Positions 51,593-63,533 of a stretch of DNA of 64,000 nt are shown piece after piece (the stretch's first letter is position 1; each line of letters starts with the position of its first letter). The DNA comes from Paragordius varius (lineage: Eukaryota; Animalia; Nematomorpha). The notes under the pieces are model-generated. The model was not told the DNA's origin. It worked only from the letters and a program-made list of their open reading frames with translations, and searched no databases. The DNA lies in the NCBI GenBank assembly GCA_964247055.1, contig OZ176050.1, positions 8,184,001-8,248,000 on the forward strand, written 5' to 3'. The translations under genes were made by a program, and so were the position numbers.

Positions 51593-53232
51593 TCAATATA
51601 TTTATAAAAATGGCAAGTAATGGCTTTGTTATCTGTTTCCGGAAAACCGTTAGACCCATTCAAATCCATACATCGAAAAAAATAATCATTAATGAATGCC
51701 CCGACAATTGCTTCGCCCTTTTTTTGGATTAGGTCCCCAGTTCGGGCCCACCCCGTGTAAAAAACTGTTTTTTTTGAAAACACAAGTCCACAAAAATCGT
51801 GTTTTTGAGACAATTTTCCCTGATTTTTTTTTACTTATTTTCGATAGCGCCGAACATAGTTGGCTCGCTTTTTTAATTTAGCCCCTCTTTTTACCCGCTC
51901 CCTCCGTAAAATGCCACTTTTTTCAAAAAAATCAGTTCGCAAAATAATTTCTTGAATCTATTTTTGGCCCAAGGTATGAGACCGTAAAATATCAATAAGG
52001 ATTCCAGGTAATCCCTGTTAAAAGGCAAAAATTTTAGTCGTGCGTTTTTTATAATGGCTGCTTGGTAAGGAGATACCCGCTAAAAACTACCCCGTCATAT
52101 TAAAATAGCTAGCCTTTGGGGCTAAATTTCAGAAAATCTATCAGGTCATATGAGTTAAATAGCTGCTTAAAGTATTACCCTTAACAGGGCAAAAATTTAG
52201 ATCGTGCGGTTTTTTCAAATTAGCCGTTAATTTCCCTCACTGAAAAATGCGCCACCATAGAATGACTTTTTGGTTTTGAGGCAATTTTTCGAAAATCCCA
52301 CGAGAGCATATGGAATGAATCATGATTTCAGGTATTCTCCGTAAAATGGCAAAAATTTTAGTCATACGTTTTTTTGTTTCGCCCCCGTTTAGAGGGGCTA
52401 CCCGCGTAAAACTGCGTCACCATATCGATACAGCATGCCTTTGGAGCCAAATTTTATAAAACCTATGAGTCTAATATGAGAAATCCTTATAATTCTAGTT
52501 CCCCATATAAAGGAAAAAAATTTGCCCAACGCTTTTTTATACCTGCCCCTGGGTTAGGAGCTACCCGCCAATCTGCACCACTATATAGAAATTGCGTTGT
52601 TTTGGAGCTAATTTATAGAATATTGAAGCCATATGAAGTCATTAAAAGCTTGAAATATTACCCGTAATTAGGTAAAAAGGTCAGGTATTTTTTATATTAG
52701 CCGTTAATTTGGGGCCGTTATGCCCTAAAAATACGCCATCATATAACGATCATTTAGTGTTGTGGTATTTTTTCGAATAATCCATGAGACCATATTATTA
52801 AAGATGATTTCAAATACTTTCCCTATAAAGACAATAAATTCAACTTAGTTCTTTTTCATATAGGTCTATGGGTAGGGGTCTACCGGTTTAAAACTGAGAC
52901 GCCATACAAAAATGGCGTGGCTTTGGAGCTAATTTTCAAAAAACTTAAGAAGCCATACGAGGTCAATAAAGGCTTTAAATAATACCCATAAAAAGGTAAA
53001 AATTATAGTATAGCGTTTTTTCCGTTAGCCGTCAATTTGGGGCCTTTAAACCAGTAAACAATATATTAGTATGATTGCACCGTTTTGAAAATCCTATTAG
53101 ATAATAGCTATTAAATAATGTTTCGAAATAATCCACATATATGGATCATTTTATTGACCTCTTTTTTATTTAGCCCCCTTAGAAGTCCAAAGGACTTTTT
53201 CGGGCTGCTACGCAGCCCGAGATTTACGCTAG
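51593..53232 (+). mobile_element. Non-autonomous Helitron (family B) carrying a 1081-bp internal insertion
   Basis: A|TC start, a perfect hairpin CGGGCTGC-TAC-GCAGCCCG, then AGATTTACGCTAG|T. Both flanks of the insert match the uninterrupted copies. Confidence 0.85.
51974..53054 (+). repeat. Degenerate tandem array of ~7 units of ~160 bp
   Basis: GGCAAAAATTT-like anchors at ~52024, 52189, 52349, 52514, 52675, 52830 and 52995, with two unit subtypes. Confidence 0.75.
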
Positions 53233-55777
53233 TAAGTTATAAATTTTATACAAGAGATATTGACAAAATTTAGTTCTATTAAATAAAACAATTGAAAACT
53301 GGATATTTGAAAATTAATGATATAACTATACGACTCAATCCTGACAATTTTACATGTTTTTAATGGATTTTAATTAAAATTTACCACAAATTTAATTTTG
53401 CGCTTGTGCTGATCTCCCAAAGTAATTAAAAGAGCCGTGTAGGGTTTTGGGCTAGTAAACACTCTACCAACGGTAAAAGAGGAAAATGGAAAAAAAACAT
53501 TATTAAAATAAAACGAAAAAATAAATGGTAATCGCAAACCAGCTTTATCAACATCAAAGTTTGGAAGTTCGGGACTAACGGTTAAAATACACGGTGTACC
53601 AGCGTGTGGTCGTTTATATGCCATCAACAATTTATACCTCTTAATAAGTAGCGGCACAAATATGAAAAGATGAGGTGTTACATGACATTACGGGGTCATA
53701 TTTTGGAATCGAAAACTGGATGGTCCAACCATTCCTTTGTAACATTTTGTTATTTTTTATATGCTTAATAAATGTAAAGGGTTACCTGAAAAAAAAAATT
53801 ACGCTGCAGAATCCGATTAACTAATAAATATGGAAAAAATGGGCAAAATTTAAATTAAAATATAATTATTTTGTCGTTAAAATGCTAAAAACAAGGAATT
53901 TGGTATAAACGTTTAAGACAAAAGGCTTTTTATTAGTTTTGCATAAAATTTTGAATTATTTCGTTTGATTGGATAGTTACAATATATGATATTAAAATAA
54001 AATGACTGTTTTTTTTGCATTCCATTATTTGTGCAATACATATTATCAATGAGAAGATAACTTATTTTTGCCAATATTTTTTTTCAAATACTTTTTAAAT
54101 GCGATTTAACCAAGATTATTCAACAAAAAGAATCATTTTTAAATTTGACGACCCTAGAATTGCTACATCTAACATATACACAAAATTGGGAAACTTATAA
54201 GCAACCTAATAAAATAATTATAAATCCGGGTGATGAGTTTGGTGTTGGGACCAACGTGTGATTTAAGAAAGTTTTGTTTATCTTATAATGCCTCACGTTT
54301 AAAACCCTTTATATTACACTGCTCAACAAGGTTTTGCACAACCCATTATTTTTGCATTTTCTAATACCTAATGGCATGGAAAGGCCAAAACAAAAAAGAA
54401 AATTGAGGCCACCAATAGGATTTTTCCAAAATTTAATTTTTAAATTTGTGTTTAATTCAAAAATAACAATCGTTCCTCGTGTACATATGTTTAAATATTC
54501 AAACGAACAAGTCGATACAAGTAATATTCCATGCATGAATAACAAAATAGGCATTAAATAAGATATTAAACAAGCTAAGAGCCAAAGTATTAAAAATCTA
54601 AAAGGGGCTTATTTATAGTGTGATAGATCCGGGCGGATGCAGAAGCTCTGCATATCCCCCAAGCGATCCAATTATGCCAGATATGGCAAAGATAACAATA
54701 AGTAATCGTAAAGCCCGATAAGAGAGACTTGCAAGCAAAATCCAAGCAAATTGACATGTCAAATTAACTAATCACAGAATAAAGTTAGATAAATTCTACA
54801 ATTGAATAAAAAGATTAGGTAAATACAAATGGTCCAATCCCATAATAGTAAATTCTACTAAAAGTGGCTACACAACATCCATCTGAAATTAAAAATACAA
54901 AACAACCAATAATTTTAAAAAATAAAGTATATCCACTAGGTATAAATAAAGGATTTTTTGTAAGAACCAACTCAAGAAAAAAAGCCTAATAAGTACTCGA
55001 AAGAACGAACACTAACAAAAAAATATAGCCTATCTAAAAGCCGAAGGTTTAAACCACAGAATGCCTTTTTTAGAATTTTTTTAAAAAAAAATTTATACGT
55101 ATTAAAAATTCACTTGAAAGAAAAAGACTAAATTTTGACGTTTAAGTCCGTACTATTTTTTTCTCTCTGATATTTAAATGACATATTTATATTCAAAAGA
55201 TAGAGTTTAAAACGCTTTATTAAATGATATTAAGTTTATATTATAATAACATTATAAAGTTATATTTAATTTTCTCTCGATTTTCTCTTGTTTTTGAAAA
55301 ATTGAAAAACCTTTAATATTTCAAAATTCTGATTGGCGGGATCAAAAATTTTTTCACATACGGTTTTAAAACACTGAAATTAGTCATAATTTAAAAGTTT
55401 GAGTGGTGGTGCTCAAAAATGTCCAAATTTGTCGACTAGTGTTAGCTAAACAAAATAGCCAAGAATACGAGATAAGATTTTTAATATGATATATTACATA
55501 AAAATTAATTATTTTCGAGACATAGTCGTTGAAATTAAATTTCATAAAGCGTATTTGTGGGTTATTTAATAAAGCCGATAATTTTTATCAAATATTTAGG
55601 TCAAAAAAATTACGTTTGTTTGTAAAAATTAGTATTTTTCTGTATGAGTTTATTTTTAGAGCCAATACCAATAATTAACTATATATATTCGTGCAATCCA
55701 TATTGAAAAATAATTTACAATAATTTATTTAAATAGAGGCTGCATTATTGCGGTCAAAATTTTAAATATTTGAATGT

Positions 55778-58700
55778 TTATAAATTTGTAAGAGGTTCAT
55801 CGCCCACATTGACTATTAAATTAGGAGGCTCATATGTATCTTGATTACCAATGTCATAATCAAAAAGTGAATGATGAAAATTGGAAAAATCGCCAGATAA
55901 ATCAGTGGTATGAGTAGAACAGTCATAAGACGGTACATCACTATTGTCATGATTAGTATTATTATTATTATCTGATAGTATATTATTTTCGTCTAAAGAC
56001 ACGATGGATAATTTATTTTGTTGGCAATTCAAATCTTTATTTTTTGATAAGACATTTAACAGGGAGATTTGCGATGCATTAATATTCATTAATGAATTAG
56101 GCATAGTGTTATTTGGCCCTAAAAATAAATTCGCTTTGGACGAATAATTATATATATCGGTGGAGTCAGTTTTATGAGTTTTCATCAAAAAATTAGTGTT
56201 TTCCCGATTTTCATCTTTATTATTAGGAGATAAGGCGAACTCGGTTAATTGATTTGATTGTAAAATAGTTTGAGGTGCAGAGGAAACAGAAGTATGAAGT
56301 TGAGCATCGTTAAGGATAGGTGCGGGATCAACCTCTGCATTGATTGGAATCAATGATATAACATTACCATTATCCTGAAATGCAAATAAATTATTGTTCA
56401 GATCGTTATTATTAAAATGCGTGGGTACCAAAGCGTATTGTGTTGAATGGCCTTGAGTGTCATCATTGATATGAGATAAACGGATATTATACACAATATT
56501 GTTACTATCTATTGGAGCGTTATCGCTATTCTCCATTATCACTGCATTGTTTTGGACGGATCCATGTTCAAATTCATGTAAAAGTGATTTCAACTGAACC
56601 GAATCTATAGTAGAGTTTTGTGCCAATATAGCCGGTGTCTGAGCCGAGTGTTGCTCAATATGTATGCTCGATAAGGGGAGCGAGATTATGTTTTGATTAT
56701 TATCAATTATGCGTAAACATTCAGAATTAATGTGATAAGCATTGGCATTTGGTGTAATAAAATCTTGTTGACAATTATTTTTTAACCGTGTTCCATTCCT
56801 TAGATTGCGAATTTCGGCTATGGATTGCGGATTTGGTTTGTGCGCAAACTTGTGAGAAGTTTTGATTCGTTTGGTATAATTTTTATTTTTTGTTGTAACA
56901 ATAGGATTAGTATTATTACCACCTTCGGCGGGAATAGGCGTATTTGATTTGGTTAGTAAACAACTCGAGCCATTTATTTCAATAGATGGATTGGATCCTA
57001 TAGGCACACTAGCATTGGTTCTCGAAATGTCATCAGATTTGATTTCTTCATTAGTCTTGGTATCTATTAAATGAAAATATAGTTAATCATGTCATAATAT
57101 ATTGTTTTTTAATATCAATTATGTGGATAATATAATACATGCCATCAAATATAACATTTATATATTATAATTTCAAATATATAATATATTATAAAGCCGA
57201 ATTATTTCAAACTTCCTGGGCAATTTTTTTAATTAAAAATATTTAATAAGTAAATGTGTAGATCCGATAATCTAGGTACTATAAACTGATTTAAAAGCAT
57301 TCTTTATATTGTGATTTGACAAAGGGGAGGGTTAATCAATATGACCTAAAATAGATTTCGATTCATAATATAATTTATAAAACTATTAGTTTATAGAGTT
57401 ATATACCTGTGTCTCCCAACAAATCAAGGCGATTATGATAGGCATAACAACTTCTAATTATATCCCTTAAAACATCCGTCCAAGACACCTGCAAACAAAT
57501 ATATTTTACATTAATGGAGAGAATCCAATTGCGTATCTGGTATATCGTTAAACAGCGGTTATATTTTGGATATAATAACAAATTAGTGATTAAATTAACA
57601 ATAAATATGTAAAGTTAAGTGGGCAGTATACAAATATAATCCTACAATTCGCAAAACAAAACAAACTATGCGTCAAGAGGGACATCTATGTTCCATATAT
57701 GATTCAATTGATCTCCCATTTATAAATATTAAATTAAATTTTAAGAATGAAAACAATTCAAATTTGTATTTTTGCTTTATATAAGAAAGGACGCAAAATT
57801 CATTGGAAGATATTTAAAACTCAAATCACTGAATGTTTTGCATAGTTAATTTACCAGTTTTTTTGCAAATAAAACTTGAATCTTAAATTTTTTTGTGTTA
57901 TCAATTTTTTTGAATTCCTTAATCATCGATTTAAGTCTTTAGTAACAAGGTGTAAACATCTTTAATGGAAGAATCCTATATATTTTCTTCATCATTAATA
58001 TACCAGTGCTGACGTGATTAAAAAAATTGATATATGGTTACTCCACAAAAAATATTTTTTTAACAAAGAGAACCATAACATAATGAAAGTTGTACATTAT
58101 GTAAATATTATGACCTAGAGCCTGATAAGGAATGGGAAAACATAAACTGTACAAAAATATATAATAATTTTGTTGTTTCCTAAATCACATATGGGTATAA
58201 GAGGTAGAAAGAGACAAGAAACCATTTTTAAAAGTTGAATTTTAAGGTGGATGTTTGTAAATCTCAAAAAAATAATTGATGATAATTATTTTATATTCAG
58301 AAAGAATATAAATAATTAAAGTGACTTTTGGATATACGATATGTACAGAACAGAAAAATAAAAAAAATCAAACTGTCGAAATTCGAGATACAGCCAAAAA
58401 ATTTATAAATCATTCTGGCCAGATATTTAAAGCGTTATAGAGAAAAATAGAACTTTACTAAATATTCGCATTAAATATAAAAAAATAACCAAACATAACG
58501 TTGTGGTTTGACATCTTAAATAACAAAATTTTACCTTCACATAATAAATATGAGTGAAAACAAACAAAAAATATTTAGCATAGTAATCAAAAATGGACTA
58601 AATAATATGCAAATAAATACCTTTCTTTTGTCTTCTTCGGACCTAACATCGGCCCTAATATTAGCCCAAGGAACAGTACTTGGCCACCATGGTGGCATAC

Positions 58701-59337
58701 ATTTCACATTTCCCCATCCTGGTTTACCTCGACCTGTATCGTATTTTAGCATATATGGTATGAAACACCGTAATTGACCCTAAAATCCCATTATAAATTA
58801 TATGATAAAACTTGGGTCATTTTTTGAAGAGATGTAGGTATACCGTCAACTGTTAGAGGGGGTAAATCAACTCGCGCATGATTGTTTTGATATAAATTTG
58901 TGGTATAATTTAGAATAGACTCTAACTCAACAAGAATTTCTTGTTTATATTTTAAAATCTATACAGTTATATTAATATTTTTAAAACAAAACTATGTCAT
59001 CTAAAGGCTTAGTCCCATAAATTTTTATTGGCTCATTTTCATTAGAAGTGGGCCGATAAATAATTGTAACAGCTTGTAATCCAGTGCGAGTAGAATACTC
59101 AGTAGTTAATAATTTAAGTTTACTATATTAAAGTAAATTGGTACTTAATATATTGATTTATTAAACGTTTTCGCAAAACAGGATCTGTTTCAAATATATA
59201 TTTCCCACCATCTGGATTCGATACAATAGCAGCAGCGGCGGCTAAGCCATTTGGTCCTATTATTCTTTAAAAATATATTTACCCGCCTGTACCAATCGCA
59301 ATAAATCTATTTTATTTGATGACTTATTTTTATCCAT
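55778..59337 (-). CDS. NRF1: Nuclear respiratory factor 1 / erect wing transcription factor, 7 exons (59283-59337, 59145-59256, 58993-59122, 58812-58958, 58621-58779, 57407-57488, 55778-57063)
   Basis: AGPNGLAAAAAI..FETDPVLRKR..EYSTRTG..LPPLTVDGIPTSLQKMTQGQLRCFIPYMLKYDTGRGKPGWG..WWP..PWANIRADVRSEEDKRKVSWTDVLR matches the NRF1/EWG DNA-binding domain. Introns are 26, 22, 34 and 32 nt. An extra upstream exon is possible. Confidence 0.93.
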
Positions 59338-59688
59338 CTAACAACTGCTTATGTTGTAAAACAAATTATGAAAATCGTATGTTTTTTACATTTATTTCAG
59401 TGCACTTTAAATCTTTATATGAAAAGCATTTCAACCATAATAATCAAACTGTAGGCTTATGTATTTAATATTTTTTTACTAGAGTATGGATGTCGAACAA
59501 GCCCTGGCCGATAGTTGCGATTTAAAATAAATTTTAACTTTATAATTTAATTAGGGAAAGAATAGGCATCAAAATCGTAAACAATGGCTTTAAGTTCTGG
59601 CCGCAAATTTTAAAAATGATTCCAAAAATATTTATATGTTTTTAAATTTTTTATATTTTCGAAAGATGGAATATTTATTTTATATTTA

Positions 59689-59890
59689 CACTTCGATTTA
59701 AAATGTATCTAGGGACCCCACACTATATTTTAGTTGACATTTTTAAAAAAACTTGAAAGAAACGGTCCCAAATTAAATTTATGCATCTATCCTAATTGAA
59801 TTATATGTATAAGCCATAATATTTAAATTTAGTTATGAAAAGAAATTTCCATAAATTGCTTCGACGCTATTAAAAATGTAAAATTGTAAA
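59689..59890 (+). mobile_element. piggyBac-type MITE family A, partial and diverged
   Basis: CACTTCGATTTAAAATG...GGTCCCAAATTAAATTTATGC matches the family's left portion. Confidence 0.55.
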
Positions 59891-60179
59891 AATCGTCATT
59901 TTAAACTTTTTCTCCCATTTTCTTTTATTTTTTAATACAGTCGGCTAATAAATGTAAATTAGGGTTAGAAAATATAAATAATTAAGTTTAAAAAGAATCA
60001 GACTGTATTTTACTAGCGAGAATATATTTTGTTATATCAGCAGTTTATAAATCTTTTTTATCTAATACAAACAAACATTTTTTGATAATTAACTTTTATA
60101 AAATATTTAGTTTATTTACAAAATTGAGCTCTGGGATATAAACTGTCCCCAAAAAAATAATAGGACAAAAAAGTGGAAA

Positions 60180-60790
60180 GGGAGATTTTCCTCCGTTACA
60201 TTAGCGACCCCGGGTTTCAGAGTTGTCGCTAATCATTTTAGTGTAGAACGATCCACCGTAACTAGTATCTAAAGTGGAGGAATAAATCTGTGACATGGCG
60301 CATAAATGGCTCCGATTTCCATGTTGTCAGTTCCAACTAGAAGCTAAACAACGTTGGCGGAGAATCATAAGATGCCAACAGTCATAGGTGATATCGACTG
60401 TCATATTGATATTTGAGGCCTAAGCAATTTGGAGACGAATTAAACAGAAAAAGTCGATGCGGCTTTAATTGTCAATTTACCAGTGACAGTGATCAATTCA
60501 TAACGAGTTTAAACGTTAAAATGCCGGGAAGCGTTCACCATATCCGGATTTTCCTCAAAAGTATGATACGTTCCTTTTTAGCTAATACCAATGCCGCATT
60601 ATTGGGTGACAGTGGGTATGGAATTAGTTCATATTAAATAACACCATTTAAAAACCCTAACAACCTTATACAAACTAAATTTAATACATTCCACGCCAAA
60701 GAGAGAGTAGTCATTGAAAGACTATTTGGTCAACTCAAACGCCGGTTTTTAAGATTGAATAGAATGCGAGTCCGTAGTTTATAATAAACT
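60180..60790 (+). mobile_element. Decayed PIF/Harbinger transposase fragment (second family)
   Basis: VVANHFSVERSTV, MPTVIGDIDC, MPGSVHHIRIF, LLGDSGYG and HAKERVVIERLFGQLKRRF, with stops and frameshifts. Confidence 0.8.
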
Positions 60791-61039
60791 AAGGAACCAT
60801 AAAAAGGATTTTAAGACCATGTTAATAACACAAAAATACAGTTATTAAACTTAAATGCTTTAAAAAAATCGCATTAAACGATAATTTTTTCCATGATAAA
60901 TAAGTATACACTTCGGTTAAAATCAGCTAAGATTTATATACGTTGTGCTTCAAAAAATATTATTAAATATTATAAAACTGAACCATTAGTATAAATATAT
61001 AGCATATAGCTGAAACGACTTTATTTTCCCTTTATCATT

Positions 61040-61230
61040 TAATTACATACAAGTATATTTAGAAAATTATGCTTTTATGTCAACCCATATCCGCAACAAC
61101 AAAGGACTGTTATTGATGCATTACACTGGTGTGAAAGGCAGCATGAAACGTTTTCTGTAAACATTAGCGACGTGGGTCTGATGCATCCTTTTCTTGATAT
61201 GATGAAACCAAAAAACTTTACCCGGAGGAT
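61040..61230 (+). other. Isolated exon-like open frame
   Basis: After a TTTAG acceptor: KLCFYVNPYPQQQRTVIDALHWCERQHETFSVNISDVGLMHPFLDMMKPKNF. No homolog was recognised and no partner exons were found. Confidence 0.25.
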
Positions 61231-62544
61231 TAGTTTCTTTAAAATAAATTAAAAATAAACTTGTGATTTCGATATGTTTATTTTAAGAGTTTATGGAAAT
61301 TATAATAGGAGACTTAAATCTATTAAAACACATTTTGTACAGTTTTTCCAAACATTTCTTCTCTTCTGTATCCAACCAGTTTGAATATGTAAAATTAGCC
61401 AAAATTGTTAAATAAACTGATCAAAGGTTACAATTACATATAAAACATAAATTATATACATAAAAAGTTACCAAAATGTATTTTTCCAAGTTTTTGTATA
61501 TGTCAAGTGTGCCCTCACTTGCAATATCTTCAAACTTTTCTTTATCATATAATTTTTTATCACCTTCTGTTCAAGTTTTGCTTGACTTAAGTGCCCTAAT
61601 GTTATTTTTTATCACATGAAAGCAAGCTATGACTTAAACATGCAAGTCAATTCAAAAAAAATTTTTTATCACCCCACATAATCTGGGTGAAAGTGCGCCA
61701 CTACTTGTTTTATTAATAACATTAGGGAAAATTTGTGAAGTTATAAAATCGATGCTTTCATCAAATCTTAACAAACGTTTTCTATGTTACAATTATATTT
61801 TTTGCTCTCCGATTTGTTTCTAAAATTGTTCATGTACATTTGTTCACGGTAATCAGATAACAAACACAATATAAATTTTAATAATGGAAGGTTTTAAAAT
61901 CAATCTAAAAGTTTATATATGTATTTTCAAAAAAAGGTTAACCTTTATTTAGATCTACAGGATTAATAACATCAAAAATATTCAGGGTGCGTACTATTAA
62001 ATAGATACGCTTTTTAACGTGCAACAATCTATATTTATAGAAATATTTTTACTTGAATTACGTAAATTGTCTTTTTATAGATACTACATGTTATTCCGTG
62101 ATTAATGAGTTAAATCCAATATTATAAATCTCCCCTCAAATATCCTAAACCTTTGGTTACATTTTTTGAGCACTATTGTTATTTCGTGAGACTGCTTTTG
62201 CTTAAAATAAATATAAGATAGTGCTATAATTATTTATGTATTATAACCGTATTTGGTTAAATAGTAAAATATAGGAGTGTTTGAAGGGCGAATAATTTCA
62301 TCATCTAAATAGGTACCGGGTTGAAATTAATAAAATCCTAATATTTATAATTTTAACATATGTGACTTTGAGTTAAAAAATGCATATTGTATTTGGTGTT
62401 TATTTTTTGTGGCCTTAATCAATATATTTTTGTTGTAAAATTCCAGAATATTCCCCCCCAAAATTTGAATTGGGTGGTAAAATAATGTTACATTCATAAG
62501 CAAAAGACTTGACAAGTTTTTTTAATCACCGATCTTCAAATGTA

Positions 62545-62990
62545 TACTTCCTGGCTTAAGTAAATTTGCTCAATTTTCTACGCTTGGCTTATAAGTCTGC
62601 GACTTTCTTATTACCCCACCCTAAAGCGTAACCGTTTCTTTCATTCAAAATAATCTGAGGTAGGCTACAACAAAATTTTGCTAAAAATTAAATTTTTGAA
62701 AAAAGCACATGCAAATATTTTTAGTTGAAATCAAAATTGGGCAAATACATTTAAATCATCGTGCAATCCTGGCATTTTTATGTTTATTTTCAAATGACTA
62801 CCCCATAGAAGAGCGAAAAAATTTCGGACTTTCGGAGCCCACATTTAAAAATTATTACTTGCTGGCTTAAGTACTTGCTCAACTTGGCACGCTTGACTTA
62901 CAAGTCAAGTGCGACTTTTTTATAACCCCACCCTTTACTTAAGAGAACAAGCCTTTTTTAGAAAAGCGAAAAAATTCGGGACTTTGGGAG
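62545..62990. repeat. Direct repeat pair and MITE remnant
   Basis: TTGCTCAA..CGCTTG.CTTA.AAGT..GCGACTTT..TA..CCCCACCCT occurs at ~62565 and ~62876. The intervening 62795-62845 is the reverse complement of ~1140-1180. Confidence 0.5.
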
Positions 62991-63533
62991 TTTGCAACTA
63001 ATTAAATTATTTTAAATTATTTTGCTTTTTATAGGTAATATATGATATTTTTTAGTTATATGTTGTGGAAGGAACATTAATAACCAATTTAATTATAAAA
63101 TGTGCCCAAATTTAGCCTTTTTCTGATATGAAACAGTTACCACAAAATAATAGATTTATGTTCTTCGTAAAGAACTAAAGTATCATGATAAACCTGACAC
63201 ATTTCCTGTCACATATTTCCACAGGTTATTTGTTTGTGGACACTTGTATTAAGTTTTTAAAGAAATTTTAAATCTGGGTAGTCTAAAAGAATATGAAGAT
63301 TTATAACATATTTATTTAATTAAAGCCTAAGTCAAATTGAAATCCAAAAATAAATATACATAACTTGATTTTTGTGGTAGGTTATATATTTCTACATAAT
63401 CATATATTTAAAGTATTGAATTTTTATTTTATCCACTGTTTTATCTATTTGTTATAATTACAAACATAATATATAATTATGCTCTTTCATTTTATTAGCC
63501 TATATATTTAAGCTGCATGAATGATGCCCACCT

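Noticed and set aside
54300-54960. GPCR, CLC channel or Gypsy integrase assignment
   Set aside because: Only vague composition-level resemblance, with no diagnostic motif and no consistent splice model.
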